NCBI GenBank assembly: GCA_963706445.1
Contig: OY970160.1
Span: 480,001-544,000 of the forward strand
Reading direction: 5' to 3'
Source: an uncultured Nitrososphaerales archaeon
GTDB lineage: Archaea > Thermoproteota > Nitrososphaeria > Nitrososphaerales > Gagatemarchaeaceae
DNA length: 64,000 nt
This document shows positions 47,228 to 57,116 of this stretch, piece after piece. The translations under genes were made by a program, and so were the position numbers. Under the pieces are notes generated by a model. It had not been told where the DNA came from, made no database searches, and worked only from the letters and a program-made list of their open reading frames with translations. Within the stretch, counting starts at the first letter, position 1, and the number at the start of each line of letters is the position of its first letter.

Positions 47228-48388
47228 GTGAGGTTCGACCAGGTGTCCCAGATGGAGGACAATCTTCTGCTGATCCCGGGACCGACGAACCTCTCGCCTC
47301 GCGTAAGACAGGTCATGGCTGGGCCGCAACTCCCCCACGTCGGTTCGACCTTCTACGCCATGTTCAAGGAAACAGTCTCCCTGGCGAGGTACGTATTCAA
47401 GAACCAGAAGGGGGTCCAGTACGTCTACACAGGTTCTGGAACAATCGGGATGGAGTCCTCGGTGGTGAGCCTCGTTTCCCACGGGGACAGGACGCTGACA
47501 GTCAGCACCGGATACTTCGGCCACAGGATGTTGATGCTCAACCAGGTCCACGGGGCCCAGGCCGACCATCTTGAGATGACCGACGGGAGGGCCTGTGACC
47601 CTGACACTCTGAGGAAGGGGCTGCGGAATGCGAAGTACACAGCCGTCTTCATCACCCACGTCGACACGTCGAGCTCTGTCATCAACCCGGTCGACGAGTT
47701 GGTGGAGGAATGCAACAAGGCAGGCGTCCTATCCGTCGTGGATTCAGTCTGCGCCATCGGCGGGGTCCCGCTCGACTTTGACCGCCTTGGAGCCGACATC
47801 GTGTTTACCGCATCCCAAAAGGCGCTCGCGGGCGCCCCAGGGGCGGTGCTCTTGGCGGTCTCCCAGAGGGCCATCGAGCACATGGAGAAGCGGAAGGCTC
47901 AGATCGAATCGTACTACATGAACCTCCTGAAGTGGAAGCCAATCATGGACGACCCGAGGATGTACCTTGCCACCCCGGCGACTCAAGTCCTCCTCGCTCT
48001 GAGGGAAGCGATGCTCGAGCTCAAGGAAGAAGGGCTGGAGAACAGGTGGGCGCGACACACCAGACTCGGAGAGCTCACGAGGAGCATGGTTGAGAGGTGG
48101 GGCCAGAAGTTCGTGGCCGAGGAGGGGCATCGAGCCAACACAGTCACTTCGTTCTGGGTCGACAAGCAGAACGCGGGTGAAATTCAGGGGACGCTGGAGA
48201 AGGAGCACGGGATAATGATAGCCCGAGGGATCTATGACGACAGGGACAGGATGCTGAGGATCGGCCACTTCGGGATCCTTCCAGTTGACACACTCCACTC
48301 GGCCCTGGAAAAGATGGGCGGAGTCATGAAAGAACTCGGAGCAGTTCCAGGTGACGTGAAAGTGGCTCGACCCGCGAAGAAGAGATAG
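47228..48388 (+). CDS. Class V PLP aminotransferase (alanine/serine-glyoxylate type)
   Basis: LLIPGPT, GSGT.GME, HVDTS, SQKAL and RIGH.G motifs. Confidence 0.9.
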   Translation: MRFDQVSQMEDNLLLIPGPTNLSPRVRQVMAGPQLPHVGSTFYAMFKETVSLARYVFKNQKGVQYVYTGSGTIGMESSVVSLVSHGDRTLTVSTGYFGHRMLMLNQVHGAQADHLEMTDGRACDPDTLRKGLRNAKYTAVFITHVDTSSSVINPVDELVEECNKAGVLSVVDSVCAIGGVPLDFDRLGADIVFTASQKALAGAPGAVLLAVSQRAIEHMEKRKAQIESYYMNLLKWKPIMDDPRMYLATPATQVLLALREAMLELKEEGLENRWARHTRLGELTRSMVERWGQKFVAEEGHRANTVTSFWVDKQNAGEIQGTLEKEHGIMIARGIYDDRDRMLRIGHFGILPVDTLHSALEKMGGVMKELGAVPGDVKVARPAKKR

Positions 48389-48425
48389 AACGCTTTTATC
48401 GGAAGCAAAACGGCAGAAATTTCGC

Positions 48426-48498
48426 AGCCCGGTCGTCTAGTGGTCAAGGATGGGGGCCTCTGGAGCCTTCGACCTAGGTTCGAATCCTAGCCGGGCTA
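48426..48498 (+). tRNA. tRNA-Gln(CTG)
   Basis: AGCCCGG/CCGGGCT acceptor, CT-CTG-GA anticodon loop, CTAGG-TTCGAAT-CCTAG T arm. Confidence 0.93.
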
Positions 48499-48558
48499 TC
48501 TCTGAATGATTCTCAGGACGGGCTCCGTTGGCCAGAAGAGTCCAACCCAAGCGATGGT

Positions 48559-48984
48559 CTACTTGGCTCGCCCGCTCTTGCTGCTCAGATTTACGGCGAC
48601 AGCTCCGCGGATAAGGCGCTTCAGCGCTGCTTCGTCGATCTTGTCACCTTGATGTATGTCGATGAAGCGCCTCGTGTTGCTATCAAGGCCGCCATTGAAC
48701 AGTCTGGAGGGGTCCTTCAAGGAAGCGCCCTTGAAGAATGTCAACCTCACCGAATTCTTGAGAATGTCGACAACGCAGATGAGTCCGGAGTGGGAGTACA
48801 CGGGCGTCCCCTCGGGTTTTGAAGGCTTTTTCCACTTCAACTCTTCCACGATTTCAGGGTCTGCCAGTCTGATGAGCCCCTGCACTTTCTTGTAGGTGCT
48901 TCCGCGCCAGCCGCCCGTCTCCTTGATCATATCGGCGATCAACTTAGAAACGGGTTGCTCGGGTTCTGAGCCTGGGCTGGTCAT
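48559..48984 (-). CDS. DUF1801 (YdhG-like) protein
   Basis: WRG, EELKW....GTPVY and LTFFKGASLKDPSRLFN motifs. Confidence 0.85.
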   Translation of the reverse strand: MTSPGSEPEQPVSKLIADMIKETGGWRGSTYKKVQGLIRLADPEIVEELKWKKPSKPEGTPVYSHSGLICVVDILKNSVRLTFFKGASLKDPSRLFNGGLDSNTRRFIDIHQGDKIDEAALKRLIRGAVAVNLSSKSGRAK

Positions 48985-49074
48985 TGACTTGAAGCAGGAC
49001 TCTTCCGTATTTATCTCGTTCTTGATTGAGAGGTCACAACCCGGCCCAGATTCTAACAAGGAGGTAGGCTAGGC

Positions 49075-50259
49075 TTGAATCGGAAGGGGGTCTGCTACGA
49101 TGTTGGACGGGTATTGAACGGAGGCAACTGGCGCCCCAAGTTCGACCCGAAGCAAGTCCAACGTGAACTGGGAATCATAAAGGACGACTTGCACTGCAAC
49201 GCTGTAAGGATTCAGGGGCTGGACATAGACCGTCTCGTGACCGCGAGCGAGGCAGCCCTGTCGAAGGGGCTGGAGGTCTGGCTCTCCCCAGAGATGTGGG
49301 ACAGGAGCCAGGAAGAGACCCTCGATTACATTGAGAAGGTGGCCGAGAGAGCCGAGGACCTGCGTCAAAGATGGCCGGGGAAGCTGGTCTTTTCCGTCGG
49401 GTCAGAGCTTACGCTATTCTCTCAGGGGATGGTCGAGGGCGACAGCGTCTTCGACAGGATGGGCCGGCCCTCCTTCTGGGGCGACATCAAGGCAGGAAAG
49501 CAGAACGGCCCACTCAATGCCTTCCTTGCACGACTGAATGAAGTTACGAGGAAAGCATTCCGTGGACCCCTCACCTATTTCTCCCTCCCAATCGAAACAG
49601 TTGATTGGAAACCATTCGATTTCTTCGGAGTCGATCAATACAGGGACGCACGGATCAAAGATGCCTATTACCAGATGTTGGCCAAGTACAGCTCCTACGG
49701 CAAGCCTGTTGTCATAGGAGAATTCGGGTGCTGCACGTTCAAGGGTGCCGATCTTCTTGGCGGGAACGGCTTCATGGTTGCCTTCGGGATGATGGAAGGA
49801 TTACTCGGGCCTAACCCGAAGATCCCCAAGATGTTCATGGACATGGCGCGGGTCCCGCCTCGGAGCGACGGGCACTACATCAGGGACGAAGGGCTCCAAG
49901 CGCGAGAACTCGTAGACCAACTGGGAGTCCTCGACAAAGCTGGTGTTGAGGGCGCCTTCGTGTTCAACTTCATCACTCCCAACTCCCCGCACCGCGCAGA
50001 CCCCATGTTCGACTCGGACATGGCTAGCTTCAGCGTGGTGAAGAGCTATGCCGAGACAGATACGGCCAGCGAGTTCATGCGACAGATGGTCCTCCAGGCG
50101 AAGGAGATGCTGGGGGTCGACCTTGATCCCAACGTCGTGAGCCGCTTTTCGGGCCCGTTAGATGAGCATGGGACGACATATCCCGATATGCCTTGGGAGC
50201 CGAAGGAGTCGTTCAAGGCAGTCGCGGAATACTACGCCAGAGGAGATTCAACGACTTAG
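49075..50259 (+). CDS. Glycoside-hydrolase-like TIM-barrel protein (family often labelled 'abortive infection protein')
   Basis: KGVCYDVG, DDLHCNAVRI, GLEVWLSP, SVGSELTLF, GEFGCCTF.GA and WEPK motifs. Confidence 0.65.
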   Translation: MNRKGVCYDVGRVLNGGNWRPKFDPKQVQRELGIIKDDLHCNAVRIQGLDIDRLVTASEAALSKGLEVWLSPEMWDRSQEETLDYIEKVAERAEDLRQRWPGKLVFSVGSELTLFSQGMVEGDSVFDRMGRPSFWGDIKAGKQNGPLNAFLARLNEVTRKAFRGPLTYFSLPIETVDWKPFDFFGVDQYRDARIKDAYYQMLAKYSSYGKPVVIGEFGCCTFKGADLLGGNGFMVAFGMMEGLLGPNPKIPKMFMDMARVPPRSDGHYIRDEGLQARELVDQLGVLDKAGVEGAFVFNFITPNSPHRADPMFDSDMASFSVVKSYAETDTASEFMRQMVLQAKEMLGVDLDPNVVSRFSGPLDEHGTTYPDMPWEPKESFKAVAEYYARGDSTT

Positions 50260-50282
50260 GGGAAGGGTTCAAATAGTTCCGT

Positions 50283-50298
50283 TATCGGTATTCCGATA
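50283..50298. promoter_or_regulatory. Putative PadR operator
   Basis: TATCGG-tatt-CCGATA palindrome just downstream of TTCAAATA (50268-50275). Confidence 0.65.
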
Positions 50299-50299
50299 T

Positions 50300-50752
50300 C
50301 TGGTCAGTGAGAGGAAAACGTTCAACTTCGATTGGGCAAAGAAGACTCACAAGGGATTGAGGCGTTGGGTCATGTACATCGTCCGGGACTCTCCGAAAAC
50401 TGGTGCCGAAATAATGAGCGTGATGGAGGCAAACGTCCAAGGGTGGTGGAGGCCCTCTCCTGGGTCGATCTACCCTATGCTGCAGAAGATGAAGGACGAA
50501 GGCGTGCTTTCGGAAACAAACAAGAAGTACAGACTTACCGAGAAAGGGAGGGAGGAGGTCGACCATCCGTTTCCTTGGCTTGGTGGGGGCCCGCAAGCCC
50601 CGCGGTCCGTGGAAGGGGTCCTACAGGAGCTGTCGAGTTACGTATCCTACTTAGAGGACATTGCTGAATCGGATCAGAGTAAGTTAGACGACAGCGTCGG
50701 ACAAATAAAGGAGCTTGGAAATAGGCTGGCCAAGCTGGGTGGATCAACTTGA
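50300..50752 (+). CDS. PadR-family transcriptional regulator (start uncertain, possibly CTG)
   Basis: GLR..V, G.EIM, WRPSPGSIYP.L and Y.LTEKG motifs. Confidence 0.85.
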   Translation: MVSERKTFNFDWAKKTHKGLRRWVMYIVRDSPKTGAEIMSVMEANVQGWWRPSPGSIYPMLQKMKDEGVLSETNKKYRLTEKGREEVDHPFPWLGGGPQAPRSVEGVLQELSSYVSYLEDIAESDQSKLDDSVGQIKELGNRLAKLGGST

Positions 50753-51753
50753 GCAATCAGGCTATTGTGAAGGTCGAGGGCCTGACGAAGGTCTTCGGGC
50801 AACTCAAGGCAGTCGACGGAGTATCATTCGAAGTCGAGGAGGGGGAGATCTTCGGGTTCCTTGGGCCGAACGGCGCAGGGAAAACTACGACCATCAACAT
50901 GCTGACGACGCTTCTCACAGCTTCCGGGGGGCATGCTGAGATCGACGGCCTCGATATCCGCAAACATCCCACAGAAGTCAGGAGAGTCGTGGGCGTGGTG
51001 CCCCAGGAGTACACCGCCGACGAGGACCTCACCGGACTGCAGAACATAGTCCTGTGCGCAGACCTCTACGGCATTCCTCGGAGCAACTCTAAGCCGCACG
51101 CCATGGAGCTGTTGAAGCTGGTGGAACTGCAGGACGCCGCCAACAGGAAAGTCAGCACATACTCCGGCGGGATGAGGAGGAGGTTGGAGCTCGCATGCGG
51201 ACTCATCAACTACCCGAAGCTCCTGTTCCTCGACGAACCGACCCTCGGTCTTGACGTCCAGACCAGGACCGCAGTTTGGAACTACATCCGCATGCTCAAG
51301 GTAGAGTACAAGATGACGCTGTTCCTCACCACACACTATCTTGAAGAGGCTGATTCTCTCTGCGACCGCATAGCGATCATAGACCACGGCCACATCGTGA
51401 AGATCGGGACCCCGAACGAGCTGAAGGCTGCCGTTGGAGGGGATGTCATAGTGGTCGGAGTAACGGAATCTGGGCCTGACATCTCTGCCGACATCGCAAA
51501 GATCCCCCTAGTGAGGGAAGTGAAGAAAAGCGACCACGAGTACAGGATAAAATCCGAGGTCGGGGAGGAGTCCTCCATTCAGATAATCGACCTCGTGAGG
51601 TCCAAAGGCCTCCACGTGACTAAGATCTCTCTGACCAAACCGACCCTCGACGAGGCGTACCTCGAATTCACAGGGCGCAGCCTGAGGGAGGAGGAGACCA
51701 ACAAGATGGACATGTTCAAGCAGCGCGTGACGATGATGAGGGCACGTAGGTGA
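50749..51753 (+). CDS. ABC exporter ATPase (DrrA-like)
   Basis: GPNGAGKTT, YSGGMRRR, LDEPT and TTHY motifs. Confidence 0.93.
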   Translation: MSNQAIVKVEGLTKVFGQLKAVDGVSFEVEEGEIFGFLGPNGAGKTTTINMLTTLLTASGGHAEIDGLDIRKHPTEVRRVVGVVPQEYTADEDLTGLQNIVLCADLYGIPRSNSKPHAMELLKLVELQDAANRKVSTYSGGMRRRLELACGLINYPKLLFLDEPTLGLDVQTRTAVWNYIRMLKVEYKMTLFLTTHYLEEADSLCDRIAIIDHGHIVKIGTPNELKAAVGGDVIVVGVTESGPDISADIAKIPLVREVKKSDHEYRIKSEVGEESSIQIIDLVRSKGLHVTKISLTKPTLDEAYLEFTGRSLREEETNKMDMFKQRVTMMRARR

Positions 51754-51763
51754 GGGGCTGGAA

Positions 51764-52717
51764 TTGACAGAAGAAGTATCAAGGTCTACGGTCACGGCTC
51801 AGCAGCAGGCAATCGAGGAGCAGAAGGAGAGGGAGGAGGAGCGCGCCTTCAGGGCCGCCCCTACGCTCAACAAGAGCCCCTGGCACGGACTGTGGGCCCT
51901 TACTAACAGAGACCTGGTCAAATGGTACAAGAACCCAATTCAGCTAATCATCTCCCTTGTTCAGCCAATCGTATGGCTAGGGCTCTTCGGGAAGGCCTTC
52001 AACATCACGGGCCTGATTTCGGGGCAGGTGACCGCCGCTCAGCTGAGCGTCATAGATCTCGGCACCTTCGGCACGACCAGCTACTTTTCTTACCTTGCCG
52101 CTGGGATGCTGGCGTTCATCATACTTTTCACCGCCGCCTTCGCTGGCATGTCGGTCGTATGGGACAAGAGGTTCGGCTTCATGAACAAGGCGCTGAGTAC
52201 GCCGGTGGGCCGCGGTTCCATCGTCGTTGGAAAAATAGTCCAGAGCACCATCCGCTCGCTGATACAGGCTTCAATCGTGCTGGTGATTGCGGTTGTGTTA
52301 GGCATGGATATCACCAACTTCAGCCTCCTAAGCATCGGGGGCTCATTCGTCATCCTATTCCTCATGTCTTTCGGCCTTTCGTCTCTCTTCGTCATGCTTG
52401 CTCTCAGGTCGAGTGACTGGCAGACGCAGATGGCGATAATCAACCTGCTCAACCTACCTCTCCTATTTGCGAGTAATGCGATGCTCCCCGTAAAGATAAT
52501 GCCCGGCTGGCTACAGTCCGTCATTCATTACAACCCTGTCAGCTACGCCGTGGACGGAGTCAGACAGATGCTCCTCGGTGCTGGTTCAGCGGCTTCGTCG
52601 GCAGCGGGCTACACCACCCTTGCGCCACTCTGGGTCGACTTCGGCGTGCTAGCTGCGTTCGCGGTTCTACTTTCTGTCCTCGGGATAATCCTGTCTTGGA
52701 GACTTCTGACGAAGTAG
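51764..52717 (+). CDS. ABC-2 permease (DrrB-like)
   Basis: QP.VWL.LFG, WD..FGF and NPVSYAVD motifs. Confidence 0.9.
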   Translation: MTEEVSRSTVTAQQQAIEEQKEREEERAFRAAPTLNKSPWHGLWALTNRDLVKWYKNPIQLIISLVQPIVWLGLFGKAFNITGLISGQVTAAQLSVIDLGTFGTTSYFSYLAAGMLAFIILFTAAFAGMSVVWDKRFGFMNKALSTPVGRGSIVVGKIVQSTIRSLIQASIVLVIAVVLGMDITNFSLLSIGGSFVILFLMSFGLSSLFVMLALRSSDWQTQMAIINLLNLPLLFASNAMLPVKIMPGWLQSVIHYNPVSYAVDGVRQMLLGAGSAASSAAGYTTLAPLWVDFGVLAAFAVLLSVLGIILSWRLLTK

Positions 52718-52730
52718 AAATGCCACGCGG

Positions 52731-53480
52731 CTAGACGAATATTATCTTCTTCAGCTTCTCTGCCATCGCAAGCGGGCTTGAGTTCTGCCAGACGTTTCGC
52801 CCCACCGCAAGCCCTGTGGCGCCGGCTTGGATTACCCCCTTCACTTGCGCGAGGAAGTCGTCGTCCGTGGGAGCCTTCGGTCCTCCGCTCATGAATACCC
52901 TTACCCCTGCAGCTGCCTTGACGGCCCAGGAGAAGCTTTCAGGGTCTCCGGTGTACTTGATTTTCACGGCGTCCGCCCCCAACTCAAGCCCTGTCCTGGC
53001 GGCATAGGAGACGATCTCCTTCGACGTGTCGTTCTGGACGGCCGCGCCTCTCGGGTAGATCCATGCGATGGCCGGAATTCCTCTCTTATGCGCCTGCTCC
53101 TGGATGGCCCCGAACTCTTTGAACATCTTGTCCTCGAATCCACTGCCGAGGTAGATGGTATACCCTACCCCTTTGGCACCGAGTGCAACCGCCTGCTCGA
53201 CGCTGCAAACCTGCCTCGAGATCGGCTCCCCCTTTGGTAGGCTTGTCTTGCCGTTGAGCTTCACGATCAGGGGCACCTTACCGTCGTAGAACCTCTCCGC
53301 GACCCCCTTCTGGAAAACGACCCCGTTGAACCCCCCCTTGGCGGCGGTTTCCATAATCATGGCCGGGTCTACGTTCTTTTCGTTGAAATCGGCCGAAGGA
53401 CCGTGCTCCAGCCCCTGGTCGTAGGCGAGGAGCATGCTCCTCCCGTTCTTCAAGAAGGGGGCCATGCGGTCCTGCTTCAT
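52731..53480 (-). CDS. fba: Class I fructose-bisphosphate aldolase (DhnA type)
   Basis: LAYDQGLEHGP, W.YPRG, ELGADAVKIKY and GRNVWQ motifs. Confidence 0.92.
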   Translation of the reverse strand: MKQDRMAPFLKNGRSMLLAYDQGLEHGPSADFNEKNVDPAMIMETAAKGGFNGVVFQKGVAERFYDGKVPLIVKLNGKTSLPKGEPISRQVCSVEQAVALGAKGVGYTIYLGSGFEDKMFKEFGAIQEQAHKRGIPAIAWIYPRGAAVQNDTSKEIVSYAARTGLELGADAVKIKYTGDPESFSWAVKAAAGVRVFMSGGPKAPTDDDFLAQVKGVIQAGATGLAVGRNVWQNSSPLAMAEKLKKIIFV

Positions 53481-53587
53481 GGCCCGAACCTTCCCCCACG
53501 GTATTTAACAGGTTTGTCCGGATTCTCCGTCTCAATGAACGGGCGTTCCATATGTCTAAAAAAGAGGCCGCCAAGGACTGAATTGAA

Positions 53588-54478
53588 GTGAAGCTTGACG
53601 AGTTCCTTAGGCTGAACGCCCCCGAGGAGCTTGCCGCCCTCACCCTCGCTATCGCGAAGTCCAGCATGACAGTCTGGGACAACATACCCTTCAAGTCCGG
53701 GCTCCTTTCGGAGAAGAATCCCTCGGGAGAGATTCAGAAGGCGATCGACGTGTTCTCCAACGACGAGTTCGTTGAAGCCCTGACTTCGACCGGCATGGCG
53801 GCCGAAGTTGCTTCGGAGGAGATGGACGAAGCAACCCCCGGGAAGGGAGAGGTCAGCGTCGCCATGGACCCCCTGGATGGGAGCTCCAACGTGGAGACCA
53901 ATAACCCTCTAGGGAGCATCTTCGGCTTCTACTCGAAGAAGTTGCCCACCTCCGGGAGGAACCTCTTGGGATCTCTCTACGTCACCTACGGGAACATGGT
54001 CACCCTGACGTTCTCCTTCGGTAAGGGAGTACACAGGTTCGTGGCGGTCAGAGAAGGCTCGAGCATGGGCTTCGAGCTCCTCAGTGTGAACCTCAGGCTC
54101 CCTGAGAAGCCCGAGGTCTACGGATTCGGCGGCGCAAGGACGGACTGGGTCCCCAAGGTGAGGGAGTTCGTGGACTCGCTGGAAGAAAGAGGGATGAGGA
54201 TTAGATACTGCGGGACCTTCGTCGGGGACTACAACCAAGTCCTCACGAGGGGAGGGATCTTTGCCTATCCGCAGCTGGTCAAGAAACCCAAAGGGAAGCT
54301 GAGGATTCTATACGAAACCGCCCCCATGGCCTTCTTGAACGAGCAGGCGGGCGGATACGGGACAGACGGAAGGGGGAACCTCCTCGATCTGGAACCAAAG
54401 GATTTGGCTGAGACCTCCCCGGCGTACATAGGGAGCTCTTCCATCGTCCACGAGCTCGAGGACCGACTGTCCAGCTAG
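53588..54478 (+). CDS. fbp: Class I fructose-1,6-bisphosphatase
   Basis: NPSGE.Q..ID, SEE, DPLDGSSN and GKLRILYE..P motifs. Confidence 0.93.
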   Translation: MKLDEFLRLNAPEELAALTLAIAKSSMTVWDNIPFKSGLLSEKNPSGEIQKAIDVFSNDEFVEALTSTGMAAEVASEEMDEATPGKGEVSVAMDPLDGSSNVETNNPLGSIFGFYSKKLPTSGRNLLGSLYVTYGNMVTLTFSFGKGVHRFVAVREGSSMGFELLSVNLRLPEKPEVYGFGGARTDWVPKVREFVDSLEERGMRIRYCGTFVGDYNQVLTRGGIFAYPQLVKKPKGKLRILYETAPMAFLNEQAGGYGTDGRGNLLDLEPKDLAETSPAYIGSSSIVHELEDRLSS

Positions 54479-54577
54479 GGCAAGGTTCAGCAAGCGGGCC
54501 TTTTTTCGCTTCTAGAAAACAGGAGGATGAGCGCCTTCGTTCCTTTCCGAGGGCGCCCCTGACTTGCGTGATGGTGT

Positions 54578-55840
54578 CTATGGGAATGTTCCGAGTGTCT
54601 TGACCGCGTCGGCGACCCTGCCCACCGCGACTATCATGGCCGCAGTTCTCATGTCGGTTCCGTGCTTGAGGCTGGCCTCGTGCACGTCCTTGAAGGCACC
54701 TGTGATCTTCTTGTGCAGCATGTCGTTGACTTCGGTCTCGGTCCACTGAATCCTTTCGAGGTTCTGGACCCACTCCAGGTAGCTCACTATCACGCCGCCT
54801 GAGTTGGCCAGGATGTCTGGGATTACGAAGACCTTGTTCTTGAAGAGGATCTTGTCCGCTTCGGGCGTTGTCGGCCCGTTGGCGCATTCGGTGATGATTT
54901 TCGCCTTGATTCCTCTCGCGATGTCTGGTAGGATTGTGTTCTCGAGTGCTGCTGGGCTGAGTATGTCGACGTCCATCTGGAGGAGTTCCTTGTCGGAGAT
55001 CGGCTGGCTTCCTGGGTAGCCGACGACCGAACCGGTCTTCTCCTTGAAGGCGATGAGCTTGTCAGCGTCGATGGGCGTCTTGCTCATTATCGCGCCCTTC
55101 GAGTCACTGGCTGCCATCATCTTGGCGCCATAGGTCTGGAGAATCTGCGCGTAGAAGGAGCCGGCGTTCCCGTACCCTTCCACTGCGAACGTGGCCTTCT
55201 TGAGGTCGACGTTGTTCGCCTTGGCAGCCTCCACAGTGCAGAACACTGCGCCCCTTCCTGTGGCCTTGTCTCTACCGAGAGAGCCGCCGAGGGATATGGG
55301 CTTCCCAGTGATAACACCAGGCGAGATGACTCCCGTCAGGGTGTTGTAGGTGTCCATGATCCAGGCCATGGTCTGGCCGTTGGTGTACACATCAGGCGCA
55401 GGTATGTCCTTGTAGGGTCCAATGATGGGCGTAATGGCCGCCGCATAGCGGCGAGTCATGCGCTCATTCTCGCCCATTGACATGTGCTTCGGGTCGCATA
55501 TGATGCCCCCCTTGGCACCGCCGTAGGGTATGTTGGCGACGCTAGTCTTCCAGGTCATCCAGGCTGATAGCGCTTTGACTTCGTCCAGCGTCACGCCGGG
55601 GTGATACCTGATCCCTCCCTTGAAAGGACCTCTGGCGTCGTTGTATTGCACTCTGTAGCCGGTGAAGACCTTGATCTCTCCGTTGTCCATCTTCACTGGG
55701 AGAGAGGCTGTGAGCTGTCTCTTTGGGTGTGCAAGAATTTGATGAATGCCTTCGTCTAGTTTCAGATACCCGGCAGCTATCCTCAGCTGCTCGGTTGCGT
55801 TCTCGAATGGGTTAGGTTTTGGTTGATCCATTTGTTTCAC
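54578..55840 (-). CDS. gdhA: Glutamate dehydrogenase
   Basis: RGPFKGGIRYH, GGAKGG, DIPAPD, ITGKP and PDILANSGGV motifs. Confidence 0.96.
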   Translation of the reverse strand: MKQMDQPKPNPFENATEQLRIAAGYLKLDEGIHQILAHPKRQLTASLPVKMDNGEIKVFTGYRVQYNDARGPFKGGIRYHPGVTLDEVKALSAWMTWKTSVANIPYGGAKGGIICDPKHMSMGENERMTRRYAAAITPIIGPYKDIPAPDVYTNGQTMAWIMDTYNTLTGVISPGVITGKPISLGGSLGRDKATGRGAVFCTVEAAKANNVDLKKATFAVEGYGNAGSFYAQILQTYGAKMMAASDSKGAIMSKTPIDADKLIAFKEKTGSVVGYPGSQPISDKELLQMDVDILSPAALENTILPDIARGIKAKIITECANGPTTPEADKILFKNKVFVIPDILANSGGVIVSYLEWVQNLERIQWTETEVNDMLHKKITGAFKDVHEASLKHGTDMRTAAMIVAVGRVADAVKTLGTFP

Positions 55841-55903
55841 TTCGTATTTCTGAGCCGTGATATTCGCCCTAATAATATTGTATTTAATGAGCGGACTTGT
55901 TTC

Positions 55904-56569
55904 TCATTTCAGAGAACGAGCTAGCTCCCTGACCTTGGACTCCCAGTCCTGCGCTTTCACGACGCTGCTGGCCACAAGGACCCCCTCGGCCCCGAGTTCG
56001 ACTGCCCTTGAAACGTCCTCACCGGAGACGATTCCAGCCCCGCAGAGGACCTTCCCCCCGAATCCCGCCTTCCTAACCGCCGAAACGGTCCTCTGGATGA
56101 GCTCCGGCTTCGCCTTCGAGACTGCCACTCCCGTTCCTATTAGCTCCGGAGGCTCGATTGCCAGGTACCTCGGCCCCAGCGAAGAGAGTTCCACGGCCTC
56201 CATGGTCGTTTCGGCGCAAAGGCAGACCCCCATCCCCATGCCTAGGAGCCTAGGGACCAGTTTTCGGAGCTCGGCATGGGTCCTCTTGGACTCGCTGTGG
56301 TTCAGTATGGTCCCCGAGGCCCCAGCCGCCCTCACCGCTTCTGGCAGGATCGCGCCCGTAGTCATGTCTCCTGTCTTGCTCCCCAAGGTCTGGCTGTAGA
56401 CGATCGCCTTGGCCTTGGATGCCACAAGGGCGATCATGGGGGTCGGAGGGGCGACTATCGCCTCGACGTCAACGGTGTCGGCTACCCTCTTTACCGCAAG
56501 GGCGAGACGGACGGAGCCGTCGCCAAGGACTTCCGGGTAATTTTTGAAATTGACTATGATCGTTCTCAA
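55904..56569 (-). CDS. tpiA: Archaeal triosephosphate isomerase
   Basis: NFK.Y, NHSE, AIEPPELIGTG and GAGI motifs. Confidence 0.95.
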   Translation of the reverse strand: MRTIIVNFKNYPEVLGDGSVRLALAVKRVADTVDVEAIVAPPTPMIALVASKAKAIVYSQTLGSKTGDMTTGAILPEAVRAAGASGTILNHSESKRTHAELRKLVPRLLGMGMGVCLCAETTMEAVELSSLGPRYLAIEPPELIGTGVAVSKAKPELIQRTVSAVRKAGFGGKVLCGAGIVSGEDVSRAVELGAEGVLVASSVVKAQDWESKVRELARSLK

Positions 56570-56646
56570 ATGGCATGTGCACTGAGTCGGAACTCTATCT
56601 TAAAGGATGGCGTGGACGCTTGTCGCTCGCCTTGAGGATAGGTTAC

Positions 56647-56739
56647 CTAGGATCCGTCTTCGTCCGAGTCCTCTTCCCATCCGTCTTCGTCTAGGTCTTC
56701 ATCCAAGTCCTCGTCGAGCTCTTGGTCCTCTTCAGACAT
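56647..56739 (-). CDS. Unannotated 30-aa hyper-acidic peptide MSEEDQELDEDLDEDLDEDGWEEDSDEDGS
   Basis: ATG..TAG ORF 26 nt downstream of ATTTAATA box. Confidence 0.55.
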   Translation of the reverse strand: MSEEDQELDEDLDEDLDEDGWEEDSDEDGS

Positions 56740-56821
56740 TCGGCCCCCGCGGATTTTGATTGCACTATTAAATGTCACGGTAAAAGGATTCTGTTAAGTT
56801 TGTTGCACGGTAAGGAAACTG

Positions 56822-56959
56822 TCAAGTCTTGAGCCTCTTCTTGATTTCCTGTTCCCATTCTTCTTGGGTGATGACCCCCTTCTTTTCGAGTAAGTCCACC
56901 AAAGCAGTGAGCATGGTGTCCAGAATGTCAACCTCTTCGTTCTTACTTCTTTTTGGCGT
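56822..56959 (-). CDS. Small IS passenger ORF (PKRSKNEEVDILDTMLTALVDLLEKKGVITQEEWEQEIKKRLKT); ACG start, or ATG at 56914
   Basis: GGGGGAG SD-like site 6 nt before the ACG; LVDLLEKKGVIT.EE motif. Confidence 0.5.
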   Translation of the reverse strand, partial: TPKRSKNEEVDILDTMLTALVDLLEKKGVITQEEWEQEIKKRLKT

Positions 56960-57116
56960 TCTTGACTCCCCCTTTTGCTAAGTAGCCTTTCTCCGACAGC
57001 CACGCCGTCACTATGGTTCTTATCGTGTCCGAGTATCCGCGCCCCATTGTGTCTCCAAGGTCGTGGTCGATAATGTCCCAGATTTCGTCGGGTAATGCAA
57101 CCAAGGCCTTCCTCAT
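56943..57116 (-). CDS. 57-aa CopG/ribbon-helix-helix protein (IS passenger)
   Basis: MRKALVALPDEIWDIID...YSDTIRTIVTAWL; ATGA overlap with the transposase stop. Confidence 0.7.
   Translation of the reverse strand: MRKALVALPDEIWDIIDHDLGDTMGRGYSDTIRTIVTAWLSEKGYLAKGGVKNAKKK

Noticed and set aside
49075-50259. Anti-phage abortive infection function
   Set aside because: The sequence shows only a GH-like TIM barrel; nothing here supports a defence role
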